Notes: generated from the sequence alone by a model not told the origin. DNA of 62,292 nt, filler included, from 6 parts of 6 records of this genome joined end to end with filler, not necessarily neighbours in it; one strand, 5' to 3'. Positions 40,134-50,708 are shown, numbered from the whole stretch's first letter. Numbers and translations are program-made.

Positions 40134-43100
40134 ATGAAATTTTTTTTCCTCACACTAACTTTATTTTTATTTTATATTTTTTTGAATGCTCAAGAATATG
40201 AAATTATAAATATGAATAGCATGCCTCCTCCTGTTGGATATGAACATAAAACATTAAAGTCTATTAAAGCAGTAGTTGCAGAAGAAACATTAGATGTTCC
40301 TTGCTACTTGTGGTCATATGGGTGCTTTAATACTTGTGCTGCTATGATTGCTGCATATTACGATAATCATGGCTATGACTGTATTTATAGAGGGGGTAAA
40401 AATGGTGGAATGGCTCCAATGAAGAATCGTAAATGGAATGCATCACATTTCTATGTAGGGAATGGATATTATTTAAACTTTATGAATTCTATTTCTGCTT
40501 CAGAAAAGGGATATGATGGCCGTACGGTTGATGGTCATGTTGATGATTTTTTTGATTGGCCTTATAGTACTGCTCCAGATCCAGACCCATATATTGGAAA
40601 CACTCCTCCCCATGATTTTAGTATGGATTACTCAATAGGTGTTGATCACTGCGTTGCTGATTGGGCTGGAACAAACCAAGAATATTGGAATAATGTAGAT
40701 GCATCTACAACTTTGTTAATAGATAGAGGTAGTGGCAATAAATGTTATGATTTTACGGGATATGAGCACTTAACGGGTACCGATAGAGCTAGAGATGGTG
40801 TTCATGGATTTAAGTTATATCTTGAAGATAATACAGGTTATTCTGTTTCTGAAAACTATACCCAACTAATAGATACAGAACACAATGAAGGATTTACATT
40901 TAATGATTATATCCAGGAAATAGAAGCTGGAAGACCTATTTTTGTTTTTTTCTATGGCCATACTTGCGTTGGTATGGGGTATAAAATAGATCAAAATGGA
41001 AATGATTATATTGGTCTTTTTGATACTTGGTCCGAAAATGTAGTATGGCTCAAATGGGGAGATGACTTAATTTCTCATAGTGGACAAAAAATGGGAATGT
41101 TTGCAGTTGGAGTCATTAAGTTATATGGTCATCTAAAAAGTGGAGGCATTGATTACAATTGTGATCCGATTGTTGTTGGGCCATATGATGACTTAGAGAT
41201 AATTGATCCACCAATTAACACTGCGTTTCCTCCTTTATCTCAAGATATTATGCAGTCTAATTCTTACAGTTTTATAGCTGGAGACACAATTAACTTTTAT
41301 GCATGTTTTAATTCTTTTTATTGCGACACATGGACCACTACTTTCAACTGGAAGTTAGAACTTTATCATAAGGATGGCAATTATGAGTATATTAATGAAT
41401 CAACTCCAGGCTATACTAATTGGCCAAATTATTGTAAGTCAGGAAGTCAAATAAAATCAAAATCCCCCGCTGAACTTCCAGATTATCAATGGGAAAGAAA
41501 TGCGGAGGGAAATATTATCGGAAAGTTATACGTTGAAACATTAGATAATAATGGATATGTCAATAAAAGTGATGAAGTATTTGTTCAATTAGAATATAAG
41601 CCAAATAAACCTGTGATTAAGGTTTCGAATTATTTTAATAACACATCTAATGATATAATGTTCTCTTGGGAGGATAATAATGATGCTACCGAATATAGAA
41701 TATATTATAACTCTAATAAAATTGCAGATCAAGGTAATTCTCCTATCACCACAACAGACACTCACTTTTGCTTAAGTGGCTTAGAATTTTTTGATGAAGT
41801 TTATGTTTCTGCTCTAAATGACCAAGGAGAAAGTGATAGATCAAACATTATTAATATTGCACAATATAAAAGTCCATTATTTAATGGTAACTCTGATTAT
41901 AACTATTGCCTAACTATATCAGATAGTTGTTATGAGAACACATATGGAAGAGTTCAGGTATTAAGCAATGGTACTCTAAAACTGGATGTGACCACAAATG
42001 GAAAATATTCTCATACTTATGCTGATTATCATTTTGACTTACTAAATGAGAAGGAGATATTATTTGAATTTGATTGGAAACATTATAATGACGAAAACCA
42101 TGATTTAGACGGTGTTTTTTTCTCAAATGATGGAGGCGGAACTTTCACAAAAGTAATGTCTTTAAATCCAAGTCAATATTCTGCAAATATATTTAATCAT
42201 TTTACATTAAATATTGATAGCATTATAGAATCTAATAAAATCTTCTTAACTAATTCTTGTGTAATACGATTAAGTCATTATGATAATTATACAATGCCTT
42301 CAGATGGATTTGAGTTTCAGAATATAATCTTGAGGTCCAATTTTATTCAACCTAATGCAACCCAATCTTTATGTCTAAATGTTATAAAAGATGCTGTAAT
42401 TGCTGTTAATAACAAGCCTGGATATGAATTTGTAATAAACAATAATTATGGCAGCAATAAATCAATAAAAGCAGATGCTTGGACTCATTCAGGTTATAAA
42501 ACGCAAAACAAAAGTCTATTTGAGTTTGACTTATCTAATTTACCTGAATCAACGGTACTAAAAAAAGCTACACTTAATTTAAATGCCAAAAGTCCTCAAG
42601 TAACCGATGTGGACAAACAAATGAGTAACCTGTCAACTGGTAGTATTGGGTATAAATCAAATGCTTGCTGGCTTTTTAGAATAACAGACAGTTGGGATGA
42701 GCACTCTGTTACTTATGCATCCCAACCTTCAATTAATCAAACCAATGGGTACTATTTGCCAATATCAGAAACATATACAGAAAGTTACTTAAACTTAAAT
42801 GTAACTAATCTTGTAAACGATATGCTTAAGTATCCTGGTGCGAGTCATGGTTTTATGATGGAACTAGAAAAGGAAGATAAATATGCAAGAATGGTGTTTG
42901 CATCAAGTGACCATGAAAATGAAAGTTTACACCCTAATTTAACATTAGAATACTATATAAATGAACAAGTTTATTCCATACCATTCTCGGTGTTAGGAAA
43001 TACAAGTGATGCAACTGATAATTGGGATGTACAAGAGCGTGATGGAAATGATATTTCTTATCTTGTCTATATACCTTCTACAATGTCGATAAATGCATCT

Positions 43101-43598
43101 ACCTGCTCTAACGCAACAACATATGATACAAAAATAGAAATCTTTAAAGCAAATAAAGATAGAGTAGGAGCATATAATGATGATAATTCGTCTTGTTCAA
43201 ACAATCCTTATTCATCTGCATTATTTGACATAATACTTTCTCCCGGTTATTATTACTTTGTTGTTGATGGTTATTCTGGAGAATGTGGGGATTTTGAGTT
43301 AATTGTAACTTCAGGTAGCGGTCTAAAAAGTGGCAAATTACTTCAAGCCGAGTTCGAAGATAGTAATCATATAAATATCAAAATTTTTCCAAATCCTGCA
43401 ATTGATAAAATTCATATTACTACCGAGGATATTAATACCTATGCCAAAATCATTGATATTCATGGTAAAATATTAAAAGAATCTAAATCTAAGTCTAACA
43501 AGCATTATATGGACTGTTCTGATCTACAGAAAGGAGTATACGTAGTTCAGATAATTGGAGATAATATAATTGAATCTAGATTATTCAAAAAACAGTAA
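40134..43598 (+). CDS. T9SS-secreted multidomain papain-like (C39/C10-like) cysteine peptidase with FN3-like and DNRLRE/CBM96-like domains
   Basis: Signal peptide; WSYGC..TCAAM (Cys), GHTCVGMGY (His), DTW (Asp); FEFDLS.LP..KATL.L..RIT.SWDE..VTY; C-terminal IFPNPA...KGVYVV..FKK sorting domain. Confidence 0.8.
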   Translation: MKFFFLTLTLFLFYIFLNAQEYEIINMNSMPPPVGYEHKTLKSIKAVVAEETLDVPCYLWSYGCFNTCAAMIAAYYDNHGYDCIYRGGKNGGMAPMKNRKWNASHFYVGNGYYLNFMNSISASEKGYDGRTVDGHVDDFFDWPYSTAPDPDPYIGNTPPHDFSMDYSIGVDHCVADWAGTNQEYWNNVDASTTLLIDRGSGNKCYDFTGYEHLTGTDRARDGVHGFKLYLEDNTGYSVSENYTQLIDTEHNEGFTFNDYIQEIEAGRPIFVFFYGHTCVGMGYKIDQNGNDYIGLFDTWSENVVWLKWGDDLISHSGQKMGMFAVGVIKLYGHLKSGGIDYNCDPIVVGPYDDLEIIDPPINTAFPPLSQDIMQSNSYSFIAGDTINFYACFNSFYCDTWTTTFNWKLELYHKDGNYEYINESTPGYTNWPNYCKSGSQIKSKSPAELPDYQWERNAEGNIIGKLYVETLDNNGYVNKSDEVFVQLEYKPNKPVIKVSNYFNNTSNDIMFSWEDNNDATEYRIYYNSNKIADQGNSPITTTDTHFCLSGLEFFDEVYVSALNDQGESDRSNIINIAQYKSPLFNGNSDYNYCLTISDSCYENTYGRVQVLSNGTLKLDVTTNGKYSHTYADYHFDLLNEKEILFEFDWKHYNDENHDLDGVFFSNDGGGTFTKVMSLNPSQYSANIFNHFTLNIDSIIESNKIFLTNSCVIRLSHYDNYTMPSDGFEFQNIILRSNFIQPNATQSLCLNVIKDAVIAVNNKPGYEFVINNNYGSNKSIKADAWTHSGYKTQNKSLFEFDLSNLPESTVLKKATLNLNAKSPQVTDVDKQMSNLSTGSIGYKSNACWLFRITDSWDEHSVTYASQPSINQTNGYYLPISETYTESYLNLNVTNLVNDMLKYPGASHGFMMELEKEDKYARMVFASSDHENESLHPNLTLEYYINEQVYSIPFSVLGNTSDATDNWDVQERDGNDISYLVYIPSTMSINASTCSNATTYDTKIEIFKANKDRVGAYNDDNSSCSNNPYSSALFDIILSPGYYYFVVDGYSGECGDFELIVTSGSGLKSGKLLQAEFEDSNHINIKIFPNPAIDKIHITTEDINTYAKIIDIHGKILKESKSKSNKHYMDCSDLQKGVYVVQIIGDNIIESRLFKKQ

Positions 43599-43610
43599 AA
43601 TTATAAATCT

Positions 43611-43641
43611 AAAAGGCGGTCTGCGATAAGGACTGCCTTTT
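43611..43641 (+). terminator. Intrinsic terminator
   Basis: AAAAGGCGGTC/GACTGCCTTTT stem. Confidence 0.65.
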
Positions 43642-43771
43642 GTTGTCCTCATAAAGTTTGATTTATTTAAATTTGAAAGGAAATTTATTAATAACTAAGC
43701 AATGTTTACCTTTTAAAACTAAAGGAAAAGATGTGCTTGATCGAATAATATAGAGAAAAATATAAATAAAT

Positions 43772-43990
43772 ACCAGTTGTGTGAATTAAATTGCATGCTT
43801 AATAAAATTGATAAGTCTATTATATATGAACCTATTTATATATTGAATAATAGTTAGCGAAGTGATATTGGATATTATTCTGGTTTTGAAACCCATAAAT
43901 GTTTTTGCATAATTTCTCCTGATCAAGAACTGATCGCATAGTTGACTATAAAGGGTTTCTATTCTTTTGCGAGATTTTCGAAAATATAAA
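43772..43990 (-). mobile_element. IS982-family 3' end remnant
   Basis: FRKSRKRIETLYSQLCDQFLIRRNYAKTF.GFKTRI..., with terminal ACCAGTTGTG at 43772. Confidence 0.8.
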
Positions 43991-44135
43991 TAAAACATAT
44001 TTATATTTTTGAATTATTATAGTTTACAAAAATTATCGAAACAGGTATATCTAAAAATACATCACAAGGCTAAGCCTGTTCTCTTAAATATAAATCGCTT
44101 TTAAAATTAATTCCCAAGCATACAACATTTTTTGT

Positions 44136-44235
44136 NNNNNNNNNNNNNNNNNNNNNNNNNNNNNNNNNNNNNNNNNNNNTTAATTAATTAANNNNNNNNN
44201 NNNNNNNNNNNNNNNNNNNNNNNNNNNNNNNNNNN
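44136..44235. other. Artificial contig spacer
   Basis: N44-TTAATTAATTAA-N44. Confidence 0.99.
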
Positions 44236-44236
44236 A

Positions 44237-45031
44237 GGTGGTGTATTAACTGGTGAAGTAAAAGATGTATTGCTTCTTGATGTTACCCCACTTTCATTAG
44301 GTATTGAAACAATGGGTGGTGTAATGACTAAGTTGATTGAAGCGAACACGACAATTCCAACTAAAAAGTCAGAAACATTTACAACAGCTGCGGATAATCA
44401 GCCTTCTGTAGAAATTCATATTGTACAGGGTGAGCGTCCAATGGCTGCACAAAATAAAACAATTGGTCGTTTCCACTTAGACGGAATTCCACCAGCACAA
44501 CGTGGTGTACCTCAAATTGAAGTATCATTTGATATTGATGCCAATGGTATTCTTCACGTAACAGCTAAGGATAAGTCAACAGGAAAAGAGCAAAGTATTC
44601 GTATCGAAGCTTCTTCTGGATTAAGCGAAGACGAAATCAAGCGTATGAAAGATGAAGCTGCTGCTAATGCGGAAGCTGATAAAACTGCCAAAGAAAAAAT
44701 CGATAAGATGAATGGCGCTGACAGTTTGATTTTCCAAACAGAAAAACAACTGAAAGAGTTTGGTGATAAGTTACCAGCTGACAAAAAGGCACCTATCGAA
44801 GCGGCTCTTGAAAAATTAAAAGCGGCTCACAAAGCTGAAGATTTAGCAGGTATTGACGCTGCAACAACAGAGTTGAATACAGTATTCCAGGCTGCGTCTC
44901 AGGAAATGTATAATGCAAGTCAGGCACAAGGTGGAGCACAACCAGGACCAGATGCTGGTCAGGCACAAGGAGGTGAAGCTAAAGGTGGCGATGACGAAGT
45001 TACTGATGTAGATTTTGAAGAAGTGAAGTAA
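44237..45031 (+). CDS. dnaK: Chaperone DnaK (5' partial)
   Basis: [21 protein letters not shown] and DVDFEEVK tail. Confidence 0.97.
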   Translation, partial: GGVLTGEVKDVLLLDVTPLSLGIETMGGVMTKLIEANTTIPTKKSETFTTAADNQPSVEIHIVQGERPMAAQNKTIGRFHLDGIPPAQRGVPQIEVSFDIDANGILHVTAKDKSTGKEQSIRIEASSGLSEDEIKRMKDEAAANAEADKTAKEKIDKMNGADSLIFQTEKQLKEFGDKLPADKKAPIEAALEKLKAAHKAEDLAGIDAATTELNTVFQAASQEMYNASQAQGGAQPGPDAGQAQGGEAKGGDDEVTDVDFEEVK

Positions 45032-45057
45032 TCACTTTGAAATATAGGATGATAGGG

Positions 45058-45087
45058 GAAAGCCGTCCATTATGGGCGGCTTTTTTC
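45058..45087 (+). terminator. Intrinsic terminator after dnaK
   Basis: AAAAGCCGTCCA/TGGGCGGCTTTTTT. Confidence 0.75.
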
Positions 45088-45176
45088 GTTGTACAGAGTA
45101 GCATAAAAAAAACAATAAATACATTCTAGAATGGCTTTCCTTATTTATTTTTAGGTTCATTTTTAATATTAAGATT

Positions 45177-46109
45177 ATGACAGGCAGAATTATAAAATGT
45201 GGACTCATTACTTTGGCGATGTTTGTATATGTTTTTACATTAAATGCACAACAAGAAATTAAATTATGGCCTAAGGGAGTTCCTGGTGCTATCAAGAATA
45301 AGGAATACAAAGAGTCGAATACCGATGAGCGAGGAAGAATTAATCGTATTATAAAGGTTAGTGATCCCACTATAAAAGTTTTTTTACCAGAAAAAGAAAA
45401 GGCGAATGGTGCAGCAGTACTTATTTGTCCTGGAGGAGGGTATAGGGTGTTGGCCTACGACCATGAAGGTTTTATGATTGCAGAGTGGTTAAATAAACAT
45501 GGTATTGCTGGTATCTTGTTAAAATATCGTTTACCTAGTGATCAAATAATGGAGCATAAAGAAGTTGGTCCATTACAGGATGCGCAACAAGCAATGAGGT
45601 TAATACGAGAAAATGCAGAAAGTTGGAATATAGACCCGAATAAAATTGGAGTTATGGGGTTTTCTGCTGGAGGTCATTTGGCTTCTACTTTATCCACTCA
45701 ATTTGACAGAGCTGTTTATAAAACAAAAGATGATATTTCTGCCAGACCTGATTTTTCGGTGTTGGTTTATCCTGTTATTTCTATGGATACAACCATAACG
45801 CATATGGGATCGAGAATTAATTTAATTGGCAAAAATCCCGAGGAGCAATTAGTGAAGCAATATTCCAATGAGTTACAAATTACACCTCAAACACCTATGA
45901 CATTTATGGTACATTCTGCTGATGATGGAGGAGTTCCGGTAGAAAATACCTTGAATTATTTTAATGCCTTGCAAAAGAATAAGGTTAAATCTGAGATGCA
46001 TGTTTTCGAAAAAGGAGGTCATGGTTATGGCATGGGTAAAAAGAATGGAACTCAATTGCAATGGCCTGCCATGTTACTAGAATGGTTAAAAATGCATGGT
46101 GTAATCTAA
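45177..46109 (+). CDS. Secreted alpha/beta hydrolase (acetyl-xylan/feruloyl esterase-like)
   Basis: Signal peptide; PGGGY, GFSAGG, DD..V and GGHGYG motifs. Confidence 0.85.
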   Translation: MTGRIIKCGLITLAMFVYVFTLNAQQEIKLWPKGVPGAIKNKEYKESNTDERGRINRIIKVSDPTIKVFLPEKEKANGAAVLICPGGGYRVLAYDHEGFMIAEWLNKHGIAGILLKYRLPSDQIMEHKEVGPLQDAQQAMRLIRENAESWNIDPNKIGVMGFSAGGHLASTLSTQFDRAVYKTKDDISARPDFSVLVYPVISMDTTITHMGSRINLIGKNPEEQLVKQYSNELQITPQTPMTFMVHSADDGGVPVENTLNYFNALQKNKVKSEMHVFEKGGHGYGMGKKNGTQLQWPAMLLEWLKMHGVI

Positions 46110-46266
46110 GTTTGTCTTTTTTTCATTGATAAAATTATTAGTTATATAATGGGCAGATAATGAGATGACTTACTGTCGTAAGTTTACTTATTTGATTTAT
46201 TGATAATAAGCGTCATGTAAATAAATCTCATATCTTTTGTCTATAATCTAACGATCTATTAGTTTT

Positions 46267-46297
46267 AAAAGCTTCTTAATTTTAAGGAGCTTTTTTT
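46267..46297 (+). terminator. Intrinsic terminator
   Basis: AAAAGCTTCTTAA/TTAAGGAGCTTTTTTT. Confidence 0.7.
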
Positions 46298-46426
46298 GTT
46301 TATATGTTTATTTGCTAATCATGAACAAAATGATTTGATTTGAGTTAGTAATTTATGCATAAAGGAAGTGTTGCTTAGTAATAAGTAGCGCGATTATAAT
46401 TTATTGAAAAGGAGATCATTCGTAAT

Positions 46427-47464
46427 ATGAGTAAGACAGGTGTATTGTTAGTTAATTTAGGAACGCCAGATAGTTCTTCCAGAAAAGATGTAAAAAAGTA
46501 CTTGGCTGAGTTTCTGATGGATGGTCGTGTGATTGATATTTCCTATTGGAAACGATTTCTGTTAGTAAGAGGAATTATAGCTCCATTTCGATCAAAAAAG
46601 GTTTCTAAAGAATACGAAAAACTATGGTTGAATGAAGGTTCTCCTTTAATGGTTTATGGAAAGCAGTTAGCAGGCAAGGTGCAGCATCTTTTTAATCAAA
46701 ATAATGCAAAGGTTAGTGTTGTTTTAGCTATGCGATATCAAACGCCATCTATACAGGAAGGTCTAGAAAAATTGAAAGAGGAAGGAGTTGAACGTATTAT
46801 TGTTTTTCCATTATTTCCTCAATATGCCTCTGCAACAACGGGATCGGTTGCTCAAAAAGTGATGGAGTTGATTTCTCAATGGCAGGTAATTCCTTCTATC
46901 GAATTTATCAATACCTATCATTCAAATCCTTTATATATTAAAGCTTTTGTAGATAAGGTTAAAGCAGATATAGATAAATATAATCCGGATCATATTTTAT
47001 TTAGTTATCATGGCATTCCTGAGAGACATTTAGAGCGAATTAAAAAACAGAATGAGAAGCTTTGTAGTTTTCCATCATGTAATTGTAAGAATAATTCACA
47101 GGATAAACCTTACTGCTATCGTTCAGCTTGTTTTCGTACAACGCAATTAATTACAGAGGAGCTTCAGTTATCACCAGAAAAGTATTCAACCTCATTCCAA
47201 AGTCGTTTAGGTAAAAATCCATGGATACAACCGTATACGGATGAATCTATTCGTAAATTGGCACAAAGTAAAAAGAAGAATTTATTGGTGGTTTCTCCAT
47301 CTTTTGTAGCTGATTGCCTGGAAACTACGTTGGAAATAGGAGAAGAGTATAAGGAATTATTCAAGGAAAATGGAGGAGAAGTATTTCATTTTACTGAAAG
47401 TTTAAATGCTGATGATTCTTGGGCGAAAGCTATTTATAAGATGGTATCAGATTCGATTAAATAA
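46427..47464 (+). CDS. hemH: Ferrochelatase
   Basis: LVNLGTP, PLFPQY, FSYHGIP, FQSRLG..W and F.ADCLETT.EI motifs. Confidence 0.95.
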   Translation: MSKTGVLLVNLGTPDSSSRKDVKKYLAEFLMDGRVIDISYWKRFLLVRGIIAPFRSKKVSKEYEKLWLNEGSPLMVYGKQLAGKVQHLFNQNNAKVSVVLAMRYQTPSIQEGLEKLKEEGVERIIVFPLFPQYASATTGSVAQKVMELISQWQVIPSIEFINTYHSNPLYIKAFVDKVKADIDKYNPDHILFSYHGIPERHLERIKKQNEKLCSFPSCNCKNNSQDKPYCYRSACFRTTQLITEELQLSPEKYSTSFQSRLGKNPWIQPYTDESIRKLAQSKKKNLLVVSPSFVADCLETTLEIGEEYKELFKENGGEVFHFTESLNADDSWAKAIYKMVSDSIK

Positions 47465-47518
47465 GGATCTAATACAATATCTTTTAAAACAAACTATTGT
47501 ATCATGTAAATTATTGAT

Positions 47519-47526
47519 TATCTTTG
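47519..47526 (+). promoter_or_regulatory. Bacteroidota -7 promoter element for rpsO
   Basis: TATCTTTG matches the TAnnTTTG consensus, 25 nt before the ATG. Confidence 0.6.
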
Positions 47527-47551
47527 CACCGCAAAATTTAAATATAGATTT

Positions 47552-47821
47552 ATGTACTTGACAAAAGAAAAGAAGCAAGAAATCTTCGAGAAGTACGGAA
47601 AGTCGAATACTGATACTGGTACTCCAGAAGGCCAGATAGCATTATTTACCTACCGTATCTCGCACTTAACCGAGCACTTAAAGGTTAATAAAAAAGATTA
47701 TAGCACAGAGCATGCTTTGAAAAAAATGGTTGGTAAGCGTCGTAATTTGTTAGATTATATCAAAAACAAAGATATCGAGCGTTACCGTTCAATTATTAAG
47801 GAATTAGGAATTCGTAAGTAA
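47552..47821 (+). CDS. rpsO: 30S ribosomal protein S15
   Basis: DTGTPEGQIA.FT.RI.HL and VGKRR.LL.Y motifs; 89 aa. Confidence 0.97.
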   Translation: MYLTKEKKQEIFEKYGKSNTDTGTPEGQIALFTYRISHLTEHLKVNKKDYSTEHALKKMVGKRRNLLDYIKNKDIERYRSIIKELGIRK

Positions 47822-47838
47822 TTGTAACAAGAAACAAG

Positions 47839-47869
47839 AAAAGGCAATCCATTTGGGTTGCCTTTTTTT
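47839..47869. terminator. Terminator after rpsO
   Basis: AAAAGGCAATCC/GGGTTGCCTTTTTTT. Confidence 0.75.
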
Positions 47870-47896
47870 GTGTCAATGTATGCAATTTAGACTCGT

Positions 47897-50353
47897 TTAA
47901 GAATTCTGCTTTAGGTCATTTTTACTAGGTTTGATTGGTAGCTCTATTCTGAAAGTAGTTCCTTTGGCATTTATTGAATTAAAGCTTATCTCGCCATGAT
48001 GCTCTTTGATGATGTTGTAAGTTATAGATAAGCCTAAACCAGTTCCTTCACCTGTGGGTTTGGTGGTAAAAAATGGGTCGAATATTTTGTCCATAATTTC
48101 CGTGGGTATACCACTTCCTGAATCAGTAATTGAAATAATGGCATAATCCTTAGTCAATGCGGTTTTTATTTCAATTTCTCCATCTGTCTCAATAGCTTGT
48201 TCTGCATTGGCTATAATATTTAAAATAGCCTGATGAAGCTTTCCTTCATTTCCAGTTATAATAAGATTTTTTGGGTGGTATTTCTTTATTATTTCCACTT
48301 TTGATTTGAGTTTGTTTTGCAACATAACAAGACAATTATCAATAACTTCATGAAGATCGCATTGAGTCATAGGTAAGTCATCTTTACGACTATAATGACT
48401 TAGGCTATTTACAATTTTTGAAGTGCGGGAAACGCCTTCATTAATGGCATTTAATAAGGGAGTAATTTCTTTAAGGTTGTAATGCTCATTTTTTTCAAAA
48501 TATTTTTTTAATGCAATGCTACCTCCATGAATAAAATTTAGAGGGTTGTTTATTTCATGAGCTATTCCTGCAGAAAGTACACCTAAAGAGGCCATTTTTT
48601 CGGCTTGTATTAACCTGTCTCTTGTGTTATTTAAAGCATTGATGGTTTGTTGAAGCTCGGCTTTTTGTTCATTTAATTCATCATTAATTACATGTAACTC
48701 TTCCATTGAGGCTTCTAGTTCTTCGGTACGTTCTTGTACCATTTCTTCAAGATGCTTACGGTATTTTTTTAGCTCAGCTTCTATATTTTTTTGCTCCGTA
48801 ATATCCACACTGTTGTGGAGTGTGTATGGCTTATTTTTCCATTTTACAAGAGTAGTGGAGTATAGAAAGTCTGCTGTAGAGCCATCCATCAAAGTAGATT
48901 TAAGTTCGTAGTTTTCTACTCTTCCTTTCTCTGTCATCTCATTTTCAATGAAAATTTGAGTTTCATCATCTACTTTAAACCCTAATTCGCTAGGGGTTTT
49001 ACCTATAATTTCTTTAGAACTAGCCTTATTAAGTTTTGTATATGCATCATTTACTAAGACAAAGCGACCTTCCATATCTGTAAGAGAAACTGGATATGGT
49101 GCGAGTTTGATTATGGATCTTAATAATTCTTCATTTTCTTTAATCTGAGTTTCTGCATTTTTCCTTTCAGTAATATCTCTTCCGATACCTAATACACCTA
49201 TAAATATACCTTCTTTATTATAAACAGGAGTTTTAATAGTCTCTAGTATCTCCTGATGGCCATCGGCAAAGGTAACCTTCTCTTCATTTATACTTGGGTG
49301 ACCTTTTTTTCTTGCCTCTTCATCTTTTTGCCGAAAGAAGTCAGCTGTGTTTTTGTCAACAAAATCATAATCCGTTTTTCCAATGATATTCTTTTCATCG
49401 GTACCATATAATTCGGTAATACGTTTGTTGCATTGTAAGAAGACTCCGTTAGGATCTTTTAGCCATATTAGATCAGGGATGGTGTTAATAATGACTTTTA
49501 ATTTGTCCTCACTCTCTTTAAAGCGGTCGACAGCATTTTTATATTGCGTTACATCCTTTCTTATGCCTGCCATTTTTAATATTTTTCCATTGGAATCTTT
49601 TTCAATGGCGTGACCAATAACCTGATGCCACCTATATTGGCCATCCGCATGCAGCATGCGCACTTCGTATTGATAGTGATCTGTTTGGCTTTCTTTTATC
49701 TGGTTTATTTCATTAAGTATTTTCTCCAGATCATCTTTATGAACAGCATTTTTCCAGAATTCCTGATTAGCTTTACCGGGAATGGCATCATAACCAAGCA
49801 TCGTGTAGTATATGGCTGAAGGATACCACTCATCTTTTTCTAAATCCCAAGTCCAGGTTCCAAGTTGAGCAGCATCAACAGTAAATCTTAAAATCTCTTC
49901 ACTGTTTCGTTTAGAGTCTTCTAATTGTTTTTGTTCTGTTATATCTGTTGCAACACCATAAATAGCTTCTTTTCCGTTATAAATGATTTTGCTACCATTT
50001 ACTTTAATCCAGAAATAGGAACCGTTTTTTTTTAGTGTCCTGAAAGTATATTCAATATTGTCTTTTTTTCCGGAAATACGAGCAGAAATATTGTTGCGAA
50101 CTAATTCTTTATCCTCGTGATATACCAAATCGTCAGGAGATAATTTACCAACGACTTCATCAAATGCATAGCCGTAGATTTCGCACATTTTTTTGTTGAA
50201 ATATTTGAATTGGTTGTCTTGAATGATATACATACCCACTTCAGCATTTTCAATAAGAATATGGTTTAAAGCCTTAGAATCAAGATCAGGAGTACGAGTT
50301 CTTGATTCGTTGGAGTATATCTTGCGAAAAAAAGATGTTAGTTTCTTAAACAC
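47897..50353 (-). CDS. Cytoplasmic multi-PAS sensor histidine kinase
   Basis: Four PAS/PAC repeats; AHEINNPL H-box, N-box, DSGSG, FDPFFTTK and GTGLGL. Confidence 0.9.
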   Translation of the reverse strand: MFKKLTSFFRKIYSNESRTRTPDLDSKALNHILIENAEVGMYIIQDNQFKYFNKKMCEIYGYAFDEVVGKLSPDDLVYHEDKELVRNNISARISGKKDNIEYTFRTLKKNGSYFWIKVNGSKIIYNGKEAIYGVATDITEQKQLEDSKRNSEEILRFTVDAAQLGTWTWDLEKDEWYPSAIYYTMLGYDAIPGKANQEFWKNAVHKDDLEKILNEINQIKESQTDHYQYEVRMLHADGQYRWHQVIGHAIEKDSNGKILKMAGIRKDVTQYKNAVDRFKESEDKLKVIINTIPDLIWLKDPNGVFLQCNKRITELYGTDEKNIIGKTDYDFVDKNTADFFRQKDEEARKKGHPSINEEKVTFADGHQEILETIKTPVYNKEGIFIGVLGIGRDITERKNAETQIKENEELLRSIIKLAPYPVSLTDMEGRFVLVNDAYTKLNKASSKEIIGKTPSELGFKVDDETQIFIENEMTEKGRVENYELKSTLMDGSTADFLYSTTLVKWKNKPYTLHNSVDITEQKNIEAELKKYRKHLEEMVQERTEELEASMEELHVINDELNEQKAELQQTINALNNTRDRLIQAEKMASLGVLSAGIAHEINNPLNFIHGGSIALKKYFEKNEHYNLKEITPLLNAINEGVSRTSKIVNSLSHYSRKDDLPMTQCDLHEVIDNCLVMLQNKLKSKVEIIKKYHPKNLIITGNEGKLHQAILNIIANAEQAIETDGEIEIKTALTKDYAIISITDSGSGIPTEIMDKIFDPFFTTKPTGEGTGLGLSITYNIIKEHHGEISFNSINAKGTTFRIELPIKPSKNDLKQNS

Positions 50354-50607
50354 TTGTCAGTCCTACCTTTTGTTGCTAAAACCAAAAGATAAAGTAATCT
50401 TATTTAATATCAAAGATAATTAGTTGCGTGTTGATGAATGCAGAATATTCTGGGATGATGTGTTTTTAAGACATGTTTAGAATTAATAGTAAAGAAAAAC
50501 AAAAGAGCTAAGATTACTTTGAGTATTGATTTTCTTAGGTATATAAAAAAAGAACGCCCGTCAAACGTTATGACAGGCGCTCTCAATCTTTAACCAAACC
50601 TAACCCT

Positions 50608-50707
50608 NNNNNNNNNNNNNNNNNNNNNNNNNNNNNNNNNNNNNNNNNNNNTTAATTAATTAANNNNNNNNNNNNNNNNNNNNNNNNNNNNNNNNNNNNN
50701 NNNNNNN
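50608..50707. other. Artificial contig spacer
   Basis: N44-TTAATTAATTAA-N44. Confidence 0.99.
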
Positions 50708-50708
50708 T

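Noticed and set aside
50546-50607. Imperfect hairpin and TAACCAAACCTAACCC at the contig end
   Set aside because: Probably the terminator of a minus-strand transcript lying beyond the contig edge; too truncated to call.
14826-50707. Five identical TTAATTAATTAA palindromes within N-runs, resembling a repeat family
   Set aside because: Artificial 100-bp contig linkers. Composition and gene content change across them, so no cross-linker gene clusters were inferred.
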